From: Longimicrobiales bacterium
GTDB lineage: Bacteria; Gemmatimonadota; Gemmatimonadetes; Longimicrobiales; Gaopeijiaceae
Direction of reading: 5' to 3'
Assembly (NCBI GenBank): GCA_965226375.1
Contig: CBDDCX010000008.1
Location: 1,632,001 to 1,696,000 of the forward strand
Length of the DNA: 64,000 bases
Part shown: in pieces, positions 1-9,528 of the stretch
Layout of the letters: each line of letters opens with the position of its first letter
Numbering within the stretch: the stretch's first letter is position 1
Position numbers and translations under genes: made by a program
Notes under the pieces: model-generated
Databases searched by the model: none
Told to the model about the DNA's origin: nothing
Seen by the model: only the letters and a program-made list of their open reading frames with translations

Positions 1-17
1 CGATCCCAGCGGAGGAA

Positions 18-410
18 TTGACGGCGTCCCACGACGGAACGTGGTCGATCCAGGCGAATGTGGGACATCTCTTCGACTTGGAGCCACTCTGGTACGGCCG
101 GCTCGAGGATCTGATAGCCGGAGCCGAGGAGCTTCGTCCCGCCGACCTCACCAACCGGAAGACCCACGAGGCCGACCACGACGGGCGGCCCATCGAAGAC
201 TTGTTGGCCGATTTTCGGGCCGAGAGGGATCGCCTGGTGGAGCGGGCCGAGACGCTGAGTCCCGAACAACGAGGGGGTACAGCGCTTCACCCGCGGCTCA
301 AACAGTCCATGAGCATGGCCGATCTGTTCTTCTTCGTCGCCGAGCACGATGACCAACACCTGGCTCGCATCCGAGAGCTGGCGCGTCTCGGAGAGGGGGT
401 CGCCTCATGA
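18..410 (+). CDS. DinB/YfiT-like metal-dependent protein (5' partial at window edge)
   Basis: WSIQANVGHL...HPRL...AEHDDQH His motifs typical of DinB family; stop overlaps next ATG. Confidence 0.75.
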   Translation: MTASHDGTWSIQANVGHLFDLEPLWYGRLEDLIAGAEELRPADLTNRKTHEADHDGRPIEDLLADFRAERDRLVERAETLSPEQRGGTALHPRLKQSMSMADLFFFVAEHDDQHLARIRELARLGEGVAS

Positions 411-1036
411 GTATCGGCGGACCGAGAGAGAGCTGGATCGACCCTGTCGTTCTGGAAGGGGAGCTCGTCCGGCTGGTACCTCTTCGAGCCGACCACGCGG
501 CGGACCTGTGGAAGGTGGGTCAGCACGAGGACCTGTGGCGCTGGATGCCCTGGACCCTGGACACGGAGAGGGACTTCGAAGAGCTGGTCGCCAGCATCGT
601 CGCCTGGGCCGAGACCTGCTTCGGCCAGGGCTACGTGACCGAAGTCCGGGACGGTAAAGGAATCGTCGGGAGCACCACGTATCTCAACGCGGACCGGGCG
701 AACCGACGGGTCGAGATCGGTGCGACATGGATCACTCCGGCCTGGCAGCGAACCGGCGTCAACACGGAGTGCAAGTTGCTTCTCATGCGCCATGCGTTCG
801 AGGCACTCGGCGCGAACCGGGTGGAGCTCAAGACCGACTCCCTGAACATGCAGTCCCGTGCGGCCATCGCCAGAATCGGTGCCCGCGAAGAGGGGACGCT
901 GCGCAATCACATGGTGCGAACAGACGGATCCCTGCGACACAGCACGTACTACAGCGTCACCGTGCAGGAGTGGCCAAGGGTCCAAGAGCATCTGCGGCGA
1001 CTGCTCAGAGCGTACGACAGTCCTCTGCCGGCATGA
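407..1036 (+). CDS. GNAT family N-acetyltransferase (RimJ/RimL-like)
   Basis: EIGATW...QRTGVNTECKLLL...RVELKTD...N..SRAAIARIGA..EG.LR motifs. Confidence 0.9.
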   Translation: MSIGGPRESWIDPVVLEGELVRLVPLRADHAADLWKVGQHEDLWRWMPWTLDTERDFEELVASIVAWAETCFGQGYVTEVRDGKGIVGSTTYLNADRANRRVEIGATWITPAWQRTGVNTECKLLLMRHAFEALGANRVELKTDSLNMQSRAAIARIGAREEGTLRNHMVRTDGSLRHSTYYSVTVQEWPRVQEHLRRLLRAYDSPLPA

Positions 1037-1042
1037 CCTGAA

Positions 1043-2539
1043 CTAGCGGGGCCAGGGTGCCTCTGGATCGTAGTCGAGCACATGTACGCTCGGGAGCGCA
1101 TCCCGATCGATGATGCGGCCCTCTTTGATCACCATGTTGATGCTTCTGAAGTTTGCGACGTCCGCCAGTGGATCGGCATCGAGCACCAGTAAATCGGCTA
1201 GTTTGCCGACCTCCACCGTTCCCAGGTCATCACCCAAGCCGTAGGCCTCGGCGCCGTTGCGTGTCGCGGCAATCAGGATGTCCATCGGCTCGGCGCCCAC
1301 ATCCTGCAGGCCGATCATTCTATCGAAGTGCATCCTGCCGAGGCGCCCCCAAACGACGGGCCCGAGGTCCTCTGCCTCAGGCCCCTGGTCGGTGGCAAGC
1401 GTGTATCGAACGCCGCCGTCCAACCAAACTTTGACACCGTCGACACGGTCTTCGAACGACGTTCCTGTCATTCCCTGCCGGCGACTTATCATGATTTCGT
1501 TCAGGTAGGGATCGTCGGGATGCTCGATCGGATCCCACTCCGCATAGATGCGCATCTGTTCTTTCTCAGGAATGCTCATGAGCCCGGCGAAGATGCCTTT
1601 GTCCGCGATCGTCTTGATCAGAGACCGAATGGCTTCCTGTTGCTGCGGCGATGCGCTGCGCCACGGTACGCTCATGACATTGGGATGAACGAGCAGATCC
1701 GGTTCGAGTTCGACGGCCAGTCGCAGGCTCTCGACGGTAAAGGTGTGGGTCGTAAACGGGATACCGGCTTCACGCGTTACTTCCCGCATGCTCCGTAGTA
1801 CCGATGGCGAGAACATGAGTGGCTCATGCCCGCCCAGGCCGTGCCCACTCACCCCGACTTTGATGAAATCCACGCCTTTCGCGATGTATCTCCGAAGGGT
1901 CTCCGCGGCTTCCTCAGCGGTCATGGAGAGCATCGCGGGACCGACTTCATCTTCCCAGAGGGCGTTGATGCGCGCCTGAACATCCGGGTGTACCCAACCA
2001 CCATACCGCAGCGAGAGACCGCGCAATGGCCAACCGCCCATGAAGTACGGACTGAAGGGGCCACCGGTGCCGATGATATTCCCCGCCACAAGCACTCGAC
2101 TGCCGACGAACTCGCCATTGTTGATGCGATCTCGTGCTTCCAACAGCGGCTCGAGCGGCCCCCACGTGTCGGGCATGGTCGTCAGACCGTACTTCAATCC
2201 GACCTGCGCGGACTGTATCGCGATGTCGGTCAATCGGTCTTCATACTTGACGTAAAACTCCGGGACGATCATCAGAATCAGGTGAATATTGGAATCGATC
2301 AGGCCCGGCGTAATCCATTTGCCCGTCACATCGATCGTCCGGTATCCGCCTGGAATGGCCACGGCACCCAGCGCACCGACCTGGACGATCCGTCCACCGT
2401 CGACCAACACCACGGCGTTCTCGATGGGCGGCTGGCCGGTAGCTGTGATCACCGTGCCCCCGGTCAGGGCCAACTGCTGAGGGGCTGTGTACGCCGCCGT
2501 GTTGATAACGACTGAAAGGGTCAGCAACAGGTGGCCCAT
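1043..2539 (-). CDS. Exported amidohydrolase family protein
   Basis: Signal peptide; PGLIDSNIH, ATDQG, AATRNGA, GTVEVGKLADLLVLDADP motifs; SD GGAGG. Confidence 0.85.
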   Translation of the reverse strand: MGHLLLTLSVVINTAAYTAPQQLALTGGTVITATGQPPIENAVVLVDGGRIVQVGALGAVAIPGGYRTIDVTGKWITPGLIDSNIHLILMIVPEFYVKYEDRLTDIAIQSAQVGLKYGLTTMPDTWGPLEPLLEARDRINNGEFVGSRVLVAGNIIGTGGPFSPYFMGGWPLRGLSLRYGGWVHPDVQARINALWEDEVGPAMLSMTAEEAAETLRRYIAKGVDFIKVGVSGHGLGGHEPLMFSPSVLRSMREVTREAGIPFTTHTFTVESLRLAVELEPDLLVHPNVMSVPWRSASPQQQEAIRSLIKTIADKGIFAGLMSIPEKEQMRIYAEWDPIEHPDDPYLNEIMISRRQGMTGTSFEDRVDGVKVWLDGGVRYTLATDQGPEAEDLGPVVWGRLGRMHFDRMIGLQDVGAEPMDILIAATRNGAEAYGLGDDLGTVEVGKLADLLVLDADPLADVANFRSINMVIKEGRIIDRDALPSVHVLDYDPEAPWPR

Positions 2540-2566
2540 ACTTACGATCCTCCCAGCAGGATCAGG

Positions 2567-3682
2567 CTACCAGGCCCCGACGATGGCGCGAATCCAGTCG
2601 GAGAGCACCACCACGTCCTTGAGGTCGATGACCTCGACCGGCGAGTGCGAGTAGCGAAGCGGCCAGCCGAACGGAATGTCCACGACGCCCCATGGGGCCC
2701 ACGCCGACCCGTCGTTGCCGCCATTGGTGGTGCCCACTTGGAGCGGCAGGCCACGTGCACGAACCACAGCCAGGAGCGAGTCGAGGACCGCCGGTGGGGT
2801 AACCGACGAGTTGTCCACGGCCCGAGCCACCGGCCCCATACCGATCGGCGCCACCGCGAAGTTCTGCGGATCGATAGGCGTGTCCGCAGAGACGAACGTG
2901 TCTACCGGATAGACACGATCGGCGTCGAAGCCCAGCGTGCGGGCGGCGTAGGCGCTGCCGACCAAGCCGATCTCCTCCTCGACAACCCACAGAAAGATGA
3001 ACTCGTGTTGCGCGGTGGCAGGGTCCAGCTCCTGGAGAGCCAGGATCTGCGCCGCCGTGCCTACGCGATCATCGAAAGACCGGCTCGTCGCCCGGGTCCC
3101 GGCCAATCGCACGAACTCCTTGGGGTTGGTCACCGTCTGCCCGACCTCGATTCCCATGGCTTCCGCTTCGGCCCGCGACCGAGCCCCTATGTCGACGTAC
3201 GTCGGCCCGGCAGGGGCGAAGCGGCGAGGCTTGCTGGTGTCTGCTCTGGGGACGAAGACGCCGTTGATGGGTGCGTCCTCCTGGTGCACGATAGCGGGCG
3301 TACCCTCCCATAGGGACGGCAAAAAGCCGCCCCGGCTCCGAACGGTGAGCAATCCGTCTTCACCGATCTCCGTGACCTGGAATCCCACCTCGTCCATGTG
3401 GGCCACAAACACCGAGACAGGCTCACCCTGACCCACCCGGACCCAGACGTTGCCTGCCGAATCCACCTCGGGGTCAGCCCAGTCCGGCAGGGCGTCGAGG
3501 ACTTCACCGCGGACCTCACCTTCGTCGCCAGAGACACCGTACGTCTCCACGAGATCTTCCAAGAGGCGAGCCGCATTCTCGATCCGCTGCTGGCTCACCT
3601 GGCCAAGGAGCGGTCCGGCCGACACGGCCAGGATGACTAGGGGGGCCCCCACCGCCCACCGCCTCATGGACACGCCTCTCAT
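2567..3682 (-). CDS. Exported M42 family (TET-like) aminopeptidase
   Basis: AHMDE, FDDRVG, VEEEIG, VD, YSHSP metal ligands intact; signal peptide; start at 3682 (ATGA overlap) or 3667, not the ORF-track start. Confidence 0.85.
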   Translation of the reverse strand: MRGVSMRRWAVGAPLVILAVSAGPLLGQVSQQRIENAARLLEDLVETYGVSGDEGEVRGEVLDALPDWADPEVDSAGNVWVRVGQGEPVSVFVAHMDEVGFQVTEIGEDGLLTVRSRGGFLPSLWEGTPAIVHQEDAPINGVFVPRADTSKPRRFAPAGPTYVDIGARSRAEAEAMGIEVGQTVTNPKEFVRLAGTRATSRSFDDRVGTAAQILALQELDPATAQHEFIFLWVVEEEIGLVGSAYAARTLGFDADRVYPVDTFVSADTPIDPQNFAVAPIGMGPVARAVDNSSVTPPAVLDSLLAVVRARGLPLQVGTTNGGNDGSAWAPWGVVDIPFGWPLRYSHSPVEVIDLKDVVVLSDWIRAIVGAW

Positions 3683-4617
3683 CTCCCACCCCCGATCCAC
3701 GACTCGAGGCTTCGGGTCAGTGCCCTCACCTCTCGGAGGTCGATGGTCTCCACCGGCCAGCCCTCGTACCGGGTCTCCAGCCCCCGCGCCTCCACCGACC
3801 CGAACATGTCGGCAAGACTCCGTGGTGCCGGATAGTCGAGCAGGATCGTCTGCTCGAATGGGCCATGAGCGTTCGCCACGGTCATCAACCCTCGGTGACG
3901 GATGTGGCTCTCGACCACGAAGGCCGCCACCACGGTGCCCTGCGCATTGGGCCGGTTCATGACCGCCCTGGCGAGGGCCGCACACGCACCGCGTTGCCCG
4001 GACTCGGGGCCCGCCAACAGGCTGTCGCCGTATTCGACCGGGGCCTTGAGCATCGACACGGGGTTCACCATATCGATCCCGATGCCCCGGGCCTCGTCGC
4101 CGGTGGTGGCTCCCACGTCCACGTAGGCGTCGTCCACGGTAAACGCATCCATGGAAGAACTCCTGCCACGTGCCAGGTGGGTAGACCGCACTGCCATGAC
4201 TCCGGCAATAGGACCCTGATCGCCCCACACCGTAACGCGGTGCCCCTCATGAGACTGATCGAAGATCCAGGGGGCACCACCCCCTACCCTTCTGAGGGTC
4301 AGCCAGCCGTCGTCCCGAATCCCCCCGACCACGTATCCCCATTCGTCCATGGGGCACGCAACGAGGCGGCGGGGACTCCCCGAACCGAGGACCACAACCA
4401 CACTACCGGCCCGGTCACGCTCTGCCCCGGGCACCAGATCCTCGAGAACGAGGGCGAACGTGCCCTCGTATCCGCTGACGGCCGTGAGTCCCGTGAACCA
4501 GTTGGCGAGATCGGGCCCTTCACGGGCCGTCTGGGCCAGCGCCGGGGTGGCCGAAATCAGAACGGCGGCCACAGAGGCCGCCGTTCCCATCAACGAGGTA
4601 CCACGACACCCGGCCAT
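3679..4617 (-). CDS. Exported M42-like protein with degenerate active site
   Basis: AVSGYE, ACPMDE.GYVV, DAYVDVGA, PVETID align with M42 fold but His/Asp ligands replaced; signal peptide (start 4617 or 4590). Confidence 0.75.
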   Translation of the reverse strand: MAGCRGTSLMGTAASVAAVLISATPALAQTAREGPDLANWFTGLTAVSGYEGTFALVLEDLVPGAERDRAGSVVVVLGSGSPRRLVACPMDEWGYVVGGIRDDGWLTLRRVGGGAPWIFDQSHEGHRVTVWGDQGPIAGVMAVRSTHLARGRSSSMDAFTVDDAYVDVGATTGDEARGIGIDMVNPVSMLKAPVEYGDSLLAGPESGQRGACAALARAVMNRPNAQGTVVAAFVVESHIRHRGLMTVANAHGPFEQTILLDYPAPRSLADMFGSVEARGLETRYEGWPVETIDLREVRALTRSLESWIGGGR

Positions 4618-4622
4618 CGCGG

Positions 4623-5765
4623 CTAAACCCAGCCCCGCGAGCGGAATGAACGCAACGTGTCCGACCAGCGCTCCATGTCCTCGGGAAGTCCGAAAGAGAT
4701 ACGTGCGTAGTCGACCATCGGCGGGAACAGGCGACCCACCGCGATGCCCTCCATGTGGAAGCGCTCGATGTAGGTCTCGGGATCACCGTTGATCTCGTGC
4801 ATCAGGAAGTTGGTGTAGCTGGGCAGATAGCCCAGGCCGAGCTCATCCAACGTGTCCTGCACGATCTGGCGCGACCGGTTGTTCATGGCCAGGGTGCGCT
4901 CGATGTGTCCCTCGTCCTTGAGGCTCGCGAGACCGGCCTGGATGCCCATCATGTTGCGGCTACCCTGTGCGATGAACGCCTTGATCCGGTCCACCGTGTC
5001 GGGGTGGGCGATACCGTATCCGAGACGCAGACCCGCCATCCCGTAGATCTTCGAGAACGTCCGGGTGACCAGCACATTGGGCCGCTCGTCGATCCACTTG
5101 ATGGCCGTCCAATACCCTGGCTCCTCCACCAACTCGAAATACGCCTCGTCGATGATGAAGAACACCGAGTCGGGAGCATCCTGGATCCACGCATCGACCT
5201 CGGAGCTGGGCGTGAGCGTTGCGGTGGGGTTGTTGGGATTGCAGATGTAGACCACGGAAGGCCGGCGGGCCCGCTCGGTAGCCTCCCTCATCCGCCCGAG
5301 ATCGTGGGCGTACCGGAAGTCCAGGGGAACCTTGATGAGGTTGTACGGATGGTTGTGCGAGTAATCGAGGGCGTCCTCGAACGTCGGTTCGGCCATGATC
5401 AACGGCATGTTGGGAGACGCCAGTGCCTGGATCGCCGCCTGCAGGACTTCGCTGGAGCCTCCGCCCGTAAAGACGTTCTCAGCCCGCACGCCTAACTTGG
5501 CCGCGATGGCCGGAAAGAGATCCGCCTCCCAGTTGTCCGTATAACGATTGGCCAACGAAATGGCCTCGACGACCGCCTCGCGAGCCACCTCGGACAGGCC
5601 CATGGGGTTCTCGTTCGCGTTCAAGCGAAGGGAGCCATCCGGGGCCAGGTGCGGTCGGGCCGACAAGAGCGCCGACAGGCGGTTCGTCTCGGCGGCCACA
5701 GGGCCTCCGGTAGCAGTGGCGACAGAAGCCAGCGCGCCGGCCCTCAGGAATCCTCTGCGATCCAT
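4623..5765 (-). CDS. Tat-exported class I/II PLP aminotransferase (HisC-like)
   Basis: MDRRGFL twin-arginine signal; LNANENP, CNPNNPT, DEAY, RTFSKIYGMAGLRLGY. Confidence 0.85.
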   Translation of the reverse strand: MDRRGFLRAGALASVATATGGPVAAETNRLSALLSARPHLAPDGSLRLNANENPMGLSEVAREAVVEAISLANRYTDNWEADLFPAIAAKLGVRAENVFTGGGSSEVLQAAIQALASPNMPLIMAEPTFEDALDYSHNHPYNLIKVPLDFRYAHDLGRMREATERARRPSVVYICNPNNPTATLTPSSEVDAWIQDAPDSVFFIIDEAYFELVEEPGYWTAIKWIDERPNVLVTRTFSKIYGMAGLRLGYGIAHPDTVDRIKAFIAQGSRNMMGIQAGLASLKDEGHIERTLAMNNRSRQIVQDTLDELGLGYLPSYTNFLMHEINGDPETYIERFHMEGIAVGRLFPPMVDYARISFGLPEDMERWSDTLRSFRSRGWV

Positions 5766-5869
5766 GGTGCAACTCCTCTGCAATGCGGTATGTCGAGGAC
5801 TGATAATTAGGGGATGGACGGCGGGTTTGCCAGTGTGGCGCGCATGGTCGGAATCGGTGGGGCGATCCG

Positions 5870-6350
5870 TCAGCCTCCGGCGTCCAACGCGGCCGCCCGT
5901 TCACGGGCCTGGCGCACGATCGGCTCGAGCACCGGATCGGCGTCGACCCACATGTCGGCCAGGCGCGTATATGCTCCGGCGGCGGCGGCGCGATTCCCCT
6001 CGGCCTCGTAGAGCCGGGCAAGCCGTTCGAGAGCAAGCGGGATGAGCGGCACCACTTCCCCGTCGGTCCCCAACGCATACCTCTCGAGGGTGCCCTCGAG
6101 CACTCGAATCGCCTCCTGGGTCCTTCCCGCCTCCGCAAGAGCCAGCCCGTGCTCCACACCAAATCGGCAGGAGGGCGCGCACGGCCAGATATCCTCGAAA
6201 AGGTGATCGAATCCGTCCGCAGCCTCGGCCCACCGGCCCGATCCGAAAGCCGCGCTCGCCATGACGACCTGCTCGATAGCCCTGAACTCCCGACCCTGTC
6301 GGGTAACGACGCTCCGCTCGTATCGAGCGAACGCTGAGTCAGCGACATCC
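5870..6350 (-). pseudogene. 3' fragment of TPR-containing protein
   Basis: TPR-like helices and C-terminal W.DADP.L.P.V..AR motif; frame open up to the junction with the M14 gene, with no own 5' end. Confidence 0.65.
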
Positions 6351-7856
6351 GGCCACGTCGTAGGGTTGATCCGGCGGACCCTCCGGGAACTCCCGAAGGT
6401 CCGGATAGTCCTGCACGGAAAAAAGCTGTCGTACGAAGTTGGCGAACGGCTGGTCCATCGCGATGACCCAGGTGCCGGCAGGGTGCCGGATCCCGTCGAG
6501 TGTCACGTCGCTGTCGAGTTGCTGGACTTCGATGCCGTTGTACGCGAGGCGCCGCAGAAGTTCGACCGCAGCCACAGGATCGCGCTGACTCTGGGGAATG
6601 AAGTAACCGTACGGGGGCCCCTCGAGGTACTGCGCAATGATGTCTCGACCCGCCTGGTACCGGTTGTAGAGCAGATCCTCCTTGTACTTCGCGGCTACGT
6701 CCAGAACGGAGATGGAGGCCGTCAGCATGTAGTCCACGGCATCCCGTAGACGCCACCAACCGCCCTCCCACGGGCTCGAGTAGAGCGACTGGGGCTGAAG
6801 GCCCCGACTCTGCTCCGGGAAGTCGCCGATCGTATAGAAATGGGGCGTGGCGTACCGGTAGAGGCCCGTCTCGGTTAGGAATGACGCCACATTGTGGAAG
6901 TTGTTGGCGTGGTCCATGAAGCCCGGATACCAGTTGTCGCACCCCGTACCCATGTGCACGGCGCCCTTCTGGCCACGCTCCTCGAGCTCTGGAGCCATGG
7001 CCATGCCGATGAGGTTCACGGACCTCCACATGAGCGGGTGCACATAAGGGCTGATCGGCTCGGCAAAAGGCGGGATCCAGATCCGGGCTGGAAAGGGCGC
7101 CGTCTGGTGATGGTTGTAGAGAATGTTCGGCTCCCAATGCCGATCCACCCGAGTGACCAGCCGGGACTCGATCATGTTGATCATGTAGCCGTCCCGGTTG
7201 TTGTCGTGGCCCAGGTACTTCTGGTAGAGCCACGGCATCGAAGCCACCTCGAAGGGCGTGCCCACGTTGGACCGATACCAGTCGGCCACCAGCGTCTGGC
7301 CATCGGGGTTGATTGAAGGCCACAGCATGAGGATCACGTTGTCCAGGATGGCCAGGACCTCCGGATCGTCCTCCTCGGTGGCCAGGTCGTATGCCAACTG
7401 CATGGTGTGCTGGGCGTGGGCCACCTCTGAAGCGTGGAGCCCACCGTCGATGTGCACGATGGCCTTGCCTTCGCGGGACAGTTGTCGGGCCTCGTCGTCC
7501 GAGAGGCCCTCGGGGTGCGCCAACCGCAGCGAGATCTCCCGATACCGCTCTACGTTCCGGAGATTTTCAGGGGAGGAGATGAGTGCGATGACGGTGGAGC
7601 GGCCGAAAGAGGTTCGCCCTACCTCCACCAACTCCACACGATCGCTGGCCACCGCGAGTCGCCGGAAGTAGTCCAGGGACTCTTCGTACGTGGCCAGGAA
7701 GAAGTCCTCACCCACCGAATGGCCCAGCACCGACTCGGGAGTGGGGATAGCCTGCGCACGGGCCGTCGTCGTCAGAGTGACGAGCGCGACCGTGAGCGAC
7801 AGGACGACGGGCAGTGCGAGCGCGAACGATTTATCGGGATGTGTTCGGATGGCCAT
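6339..7856 (-). pseudogene. M14 zinc carboxypeptidase, 3'-truncated
   Basis: Signal peptide, GGLHASE, DNNRD, HHQT; ends abruptly two residues after PYDVAG, an internal motif in this family. Confidence 0.75.
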
Positions 7857-8034
7857 TGTGCTGGTCCAGGTAGACGATGGCTTCGGGCTTCATGCCTCGA
7901 AGCGGCCGGTAAGATCGGCGTCACCGGAGTGGTCAGCAAGGAAGCAAGACATGCGAGGGACCACCGGTGGCATTCAAGCCTCCGAGCACCTTAACTTCGA
8001 CCCTCGACCACTCCCAGCTGATCCAGGAGATCCC

Positions 8035-9066
8035 ATGGAGATCCGCGTTCGTCCCCGCCCCATCTACGGGCTCACACTGGTCGCACTCATGGCCGCAGCC
8101 TGCGCTCCGGCTGGTGAAGAGCCTACGACCCCGGCTCGTGACCCAGTGCCCGTACCGGAATTTACACTCCCGGCCGAGAACACCCACGCACGATGGAGCC
8201 GTACGATTCCGCCCGTGCTGACGGTTCCGTCCGGAGCCGTCGTCGAGGTCTTCACTCAAGAGGCGACCGGTGGGCAGCTGTCGATGGAATCCGACCTGGA
8301 TGACCTGGCTGCCATGGACTTCGACCGTATCCATGCCCTGACCGGGCCGGTCTACGTCGAGGGAGCGGAGCCCGGTGATGTATTGGCCGTGACACTCCAC
8401 GAGATCGAGGTGGGGGATTGGGGATGGGCCGCCATCGTGCCGGGCTTCGGGTTCCTGGCCGATGTTTTCACCGAGCCCTACCTGAAGCTGTTCGAGCTGG
8501 GGCCCAAGGCCACACACGCCGTCTTCAATGACCGCATCCGGGTGCCCCTAGCGCCCTTTGCCGGAGTCATGGGAGTAGCGCCGGACACCGACTCACTCCT
8601 AGTCACCATTCTGCCCCGCGCCAATGGTGGGAACATGGACAACCGCCACATGACGGCAGGCACGACGGTGTTCTTCCCGATCTTCGTGGAGGGAGCGCTC
8701 TTTTCCATCGGTGACACTCATGCAGCCCAGGGTAACGGAGAAGTCTCGGGCACGGCCATCGAGGCGCCCATGCGTATCGTCTACGAGCTGAACGTGCTCA
8801 AGGGCGGACGGGAGTTGAGTGAGCCCGAGTACGAAACGAGCGACTACTACGCCGTGACCGGTTTTGGGACCACCATCGACGAGGCTGCGAGGAAGGCAAC
8901 CCTGTTCATGATCGACTATCTGGTGGCCGAGCACGGCATGGACCGAGCCGATGCGTATGTGCTGGCCTCCCTGGCGGGCGACCTGAAGATCTCAGAGACC
9001 GTCGACATGCCTCACTATCTGGTGAGCATGCACATGCCGAAGGAGGTGCTGGGAGTAGCCCGGTAG
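8035..9066 (+). CDS. Acetamidase/formamidase family lipoprotein
   Basis: LMAAAC lipobox; HALTGPVYVEGAEPGD, GGNMD, GDTHAAQGNGE; SD AGGAG before ATG 8035. Confidence 0.88.
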   Translation: MEIRVRPRPIYGLTLVALMAAACAPAGEEPTTPARDPVPVPEFTLPAENTHARWSRTIPPVLTVPSGAVVEVFTQEATGGQLSMESDLDDLAAMDFDRIHALTGPVYVEGAEPGDVLAVTLHEIEVGDWGWAAIVPGFGFLADVFTEPYLKLFELGPKATHAVFNDRIRVPLAPFAGVMGVAPDTDSLLVTILPRANGGNMDNRHMTAGTTVFFPIFVEGALFSIGDTHAAQGNGEVSGTAIEAPMRIVYELNVLKGGRELSEPEYETSDYYAVTGFGTTIDEAARKATLFMIDYLVAEHGMDRADAYVLASLAGDLKISETVDMPHYLVSMHMPKEVLGVAR

Positions 9067-9090
9067 AACTCGGAGATCGAGAGAGTTCGC

Positions 9091-9528
9091 CTAGCGCGCC
9101 GGTCGCTCGAGCTCTCCGCCATGTAGCTCGTCGTAGAAGTCGAACATCTCACGGTCGTACTCCGCATCGCGAGCCTGCTCGAACGGCTCGATGATCCCGA
9201 AGAGCGTCCTGAGTCGTTGGGGCATGGTCAGGTGCTCACTTAGATCGTCGGCCTCCAGAAAGCCCCGGGTACAAAGTTGCTGGGCCTTTCGGAAGTACGA
9301 CTTGATCAGCCGCCGAGCGGCGTTGGTCTCTCGAACGATCTGTTGCTCATCGTCAGGCAGATCCGCGAGCGTGTCGAGCGCACTGAACAGCTCGGCGGCC
9401 CAGGTCGGCCCCCGCTCGTGCACCCACCGCCGCATATGCTCTGCGGCCCGGTAGTACTCGTCCGACCAGAACTGATCGTGCAGGTGAGAGATGAGCAGCC
9501 CGCGCTCATTGATCTCGGGAACGGACAC
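9091..9528 (-). CDS. Hypothetical helical protein
   Basis: 145-aa ORF with coding-like composition; GTG start overlaps stop of upstream kinase. Confidence 0.7.
   Translation of the reverse strand: MSVPEINERGLLISHLHDQFWSDEYYRAAEHMRRWVHERGPTWAAELFSALDTLADLPDDEQQIVRETNAARRLIKSYFRKAQQLCTRGFLEADDLSEHLTMPQRLRTLFGIIEPFEQARDAEYDREMFDFYDELHGGELERPAR

Noticed and set aside
4623..5765. Assigning hisC
   Set aside because: Tat signal and absence of other his genes argue against the biosynthetic enzyme.
5479..7323. 614-aa minus-strand ORF and other long overlapping or antisense ORFs (e.g. 14436-15458, 26236-27120, 33467-34417, 39607-40692)
   Set aside because: Mostly Arg/Pro/Gly-rich shadow frames of recognisable genes, expected at high GC; only part of such frames could be coding.
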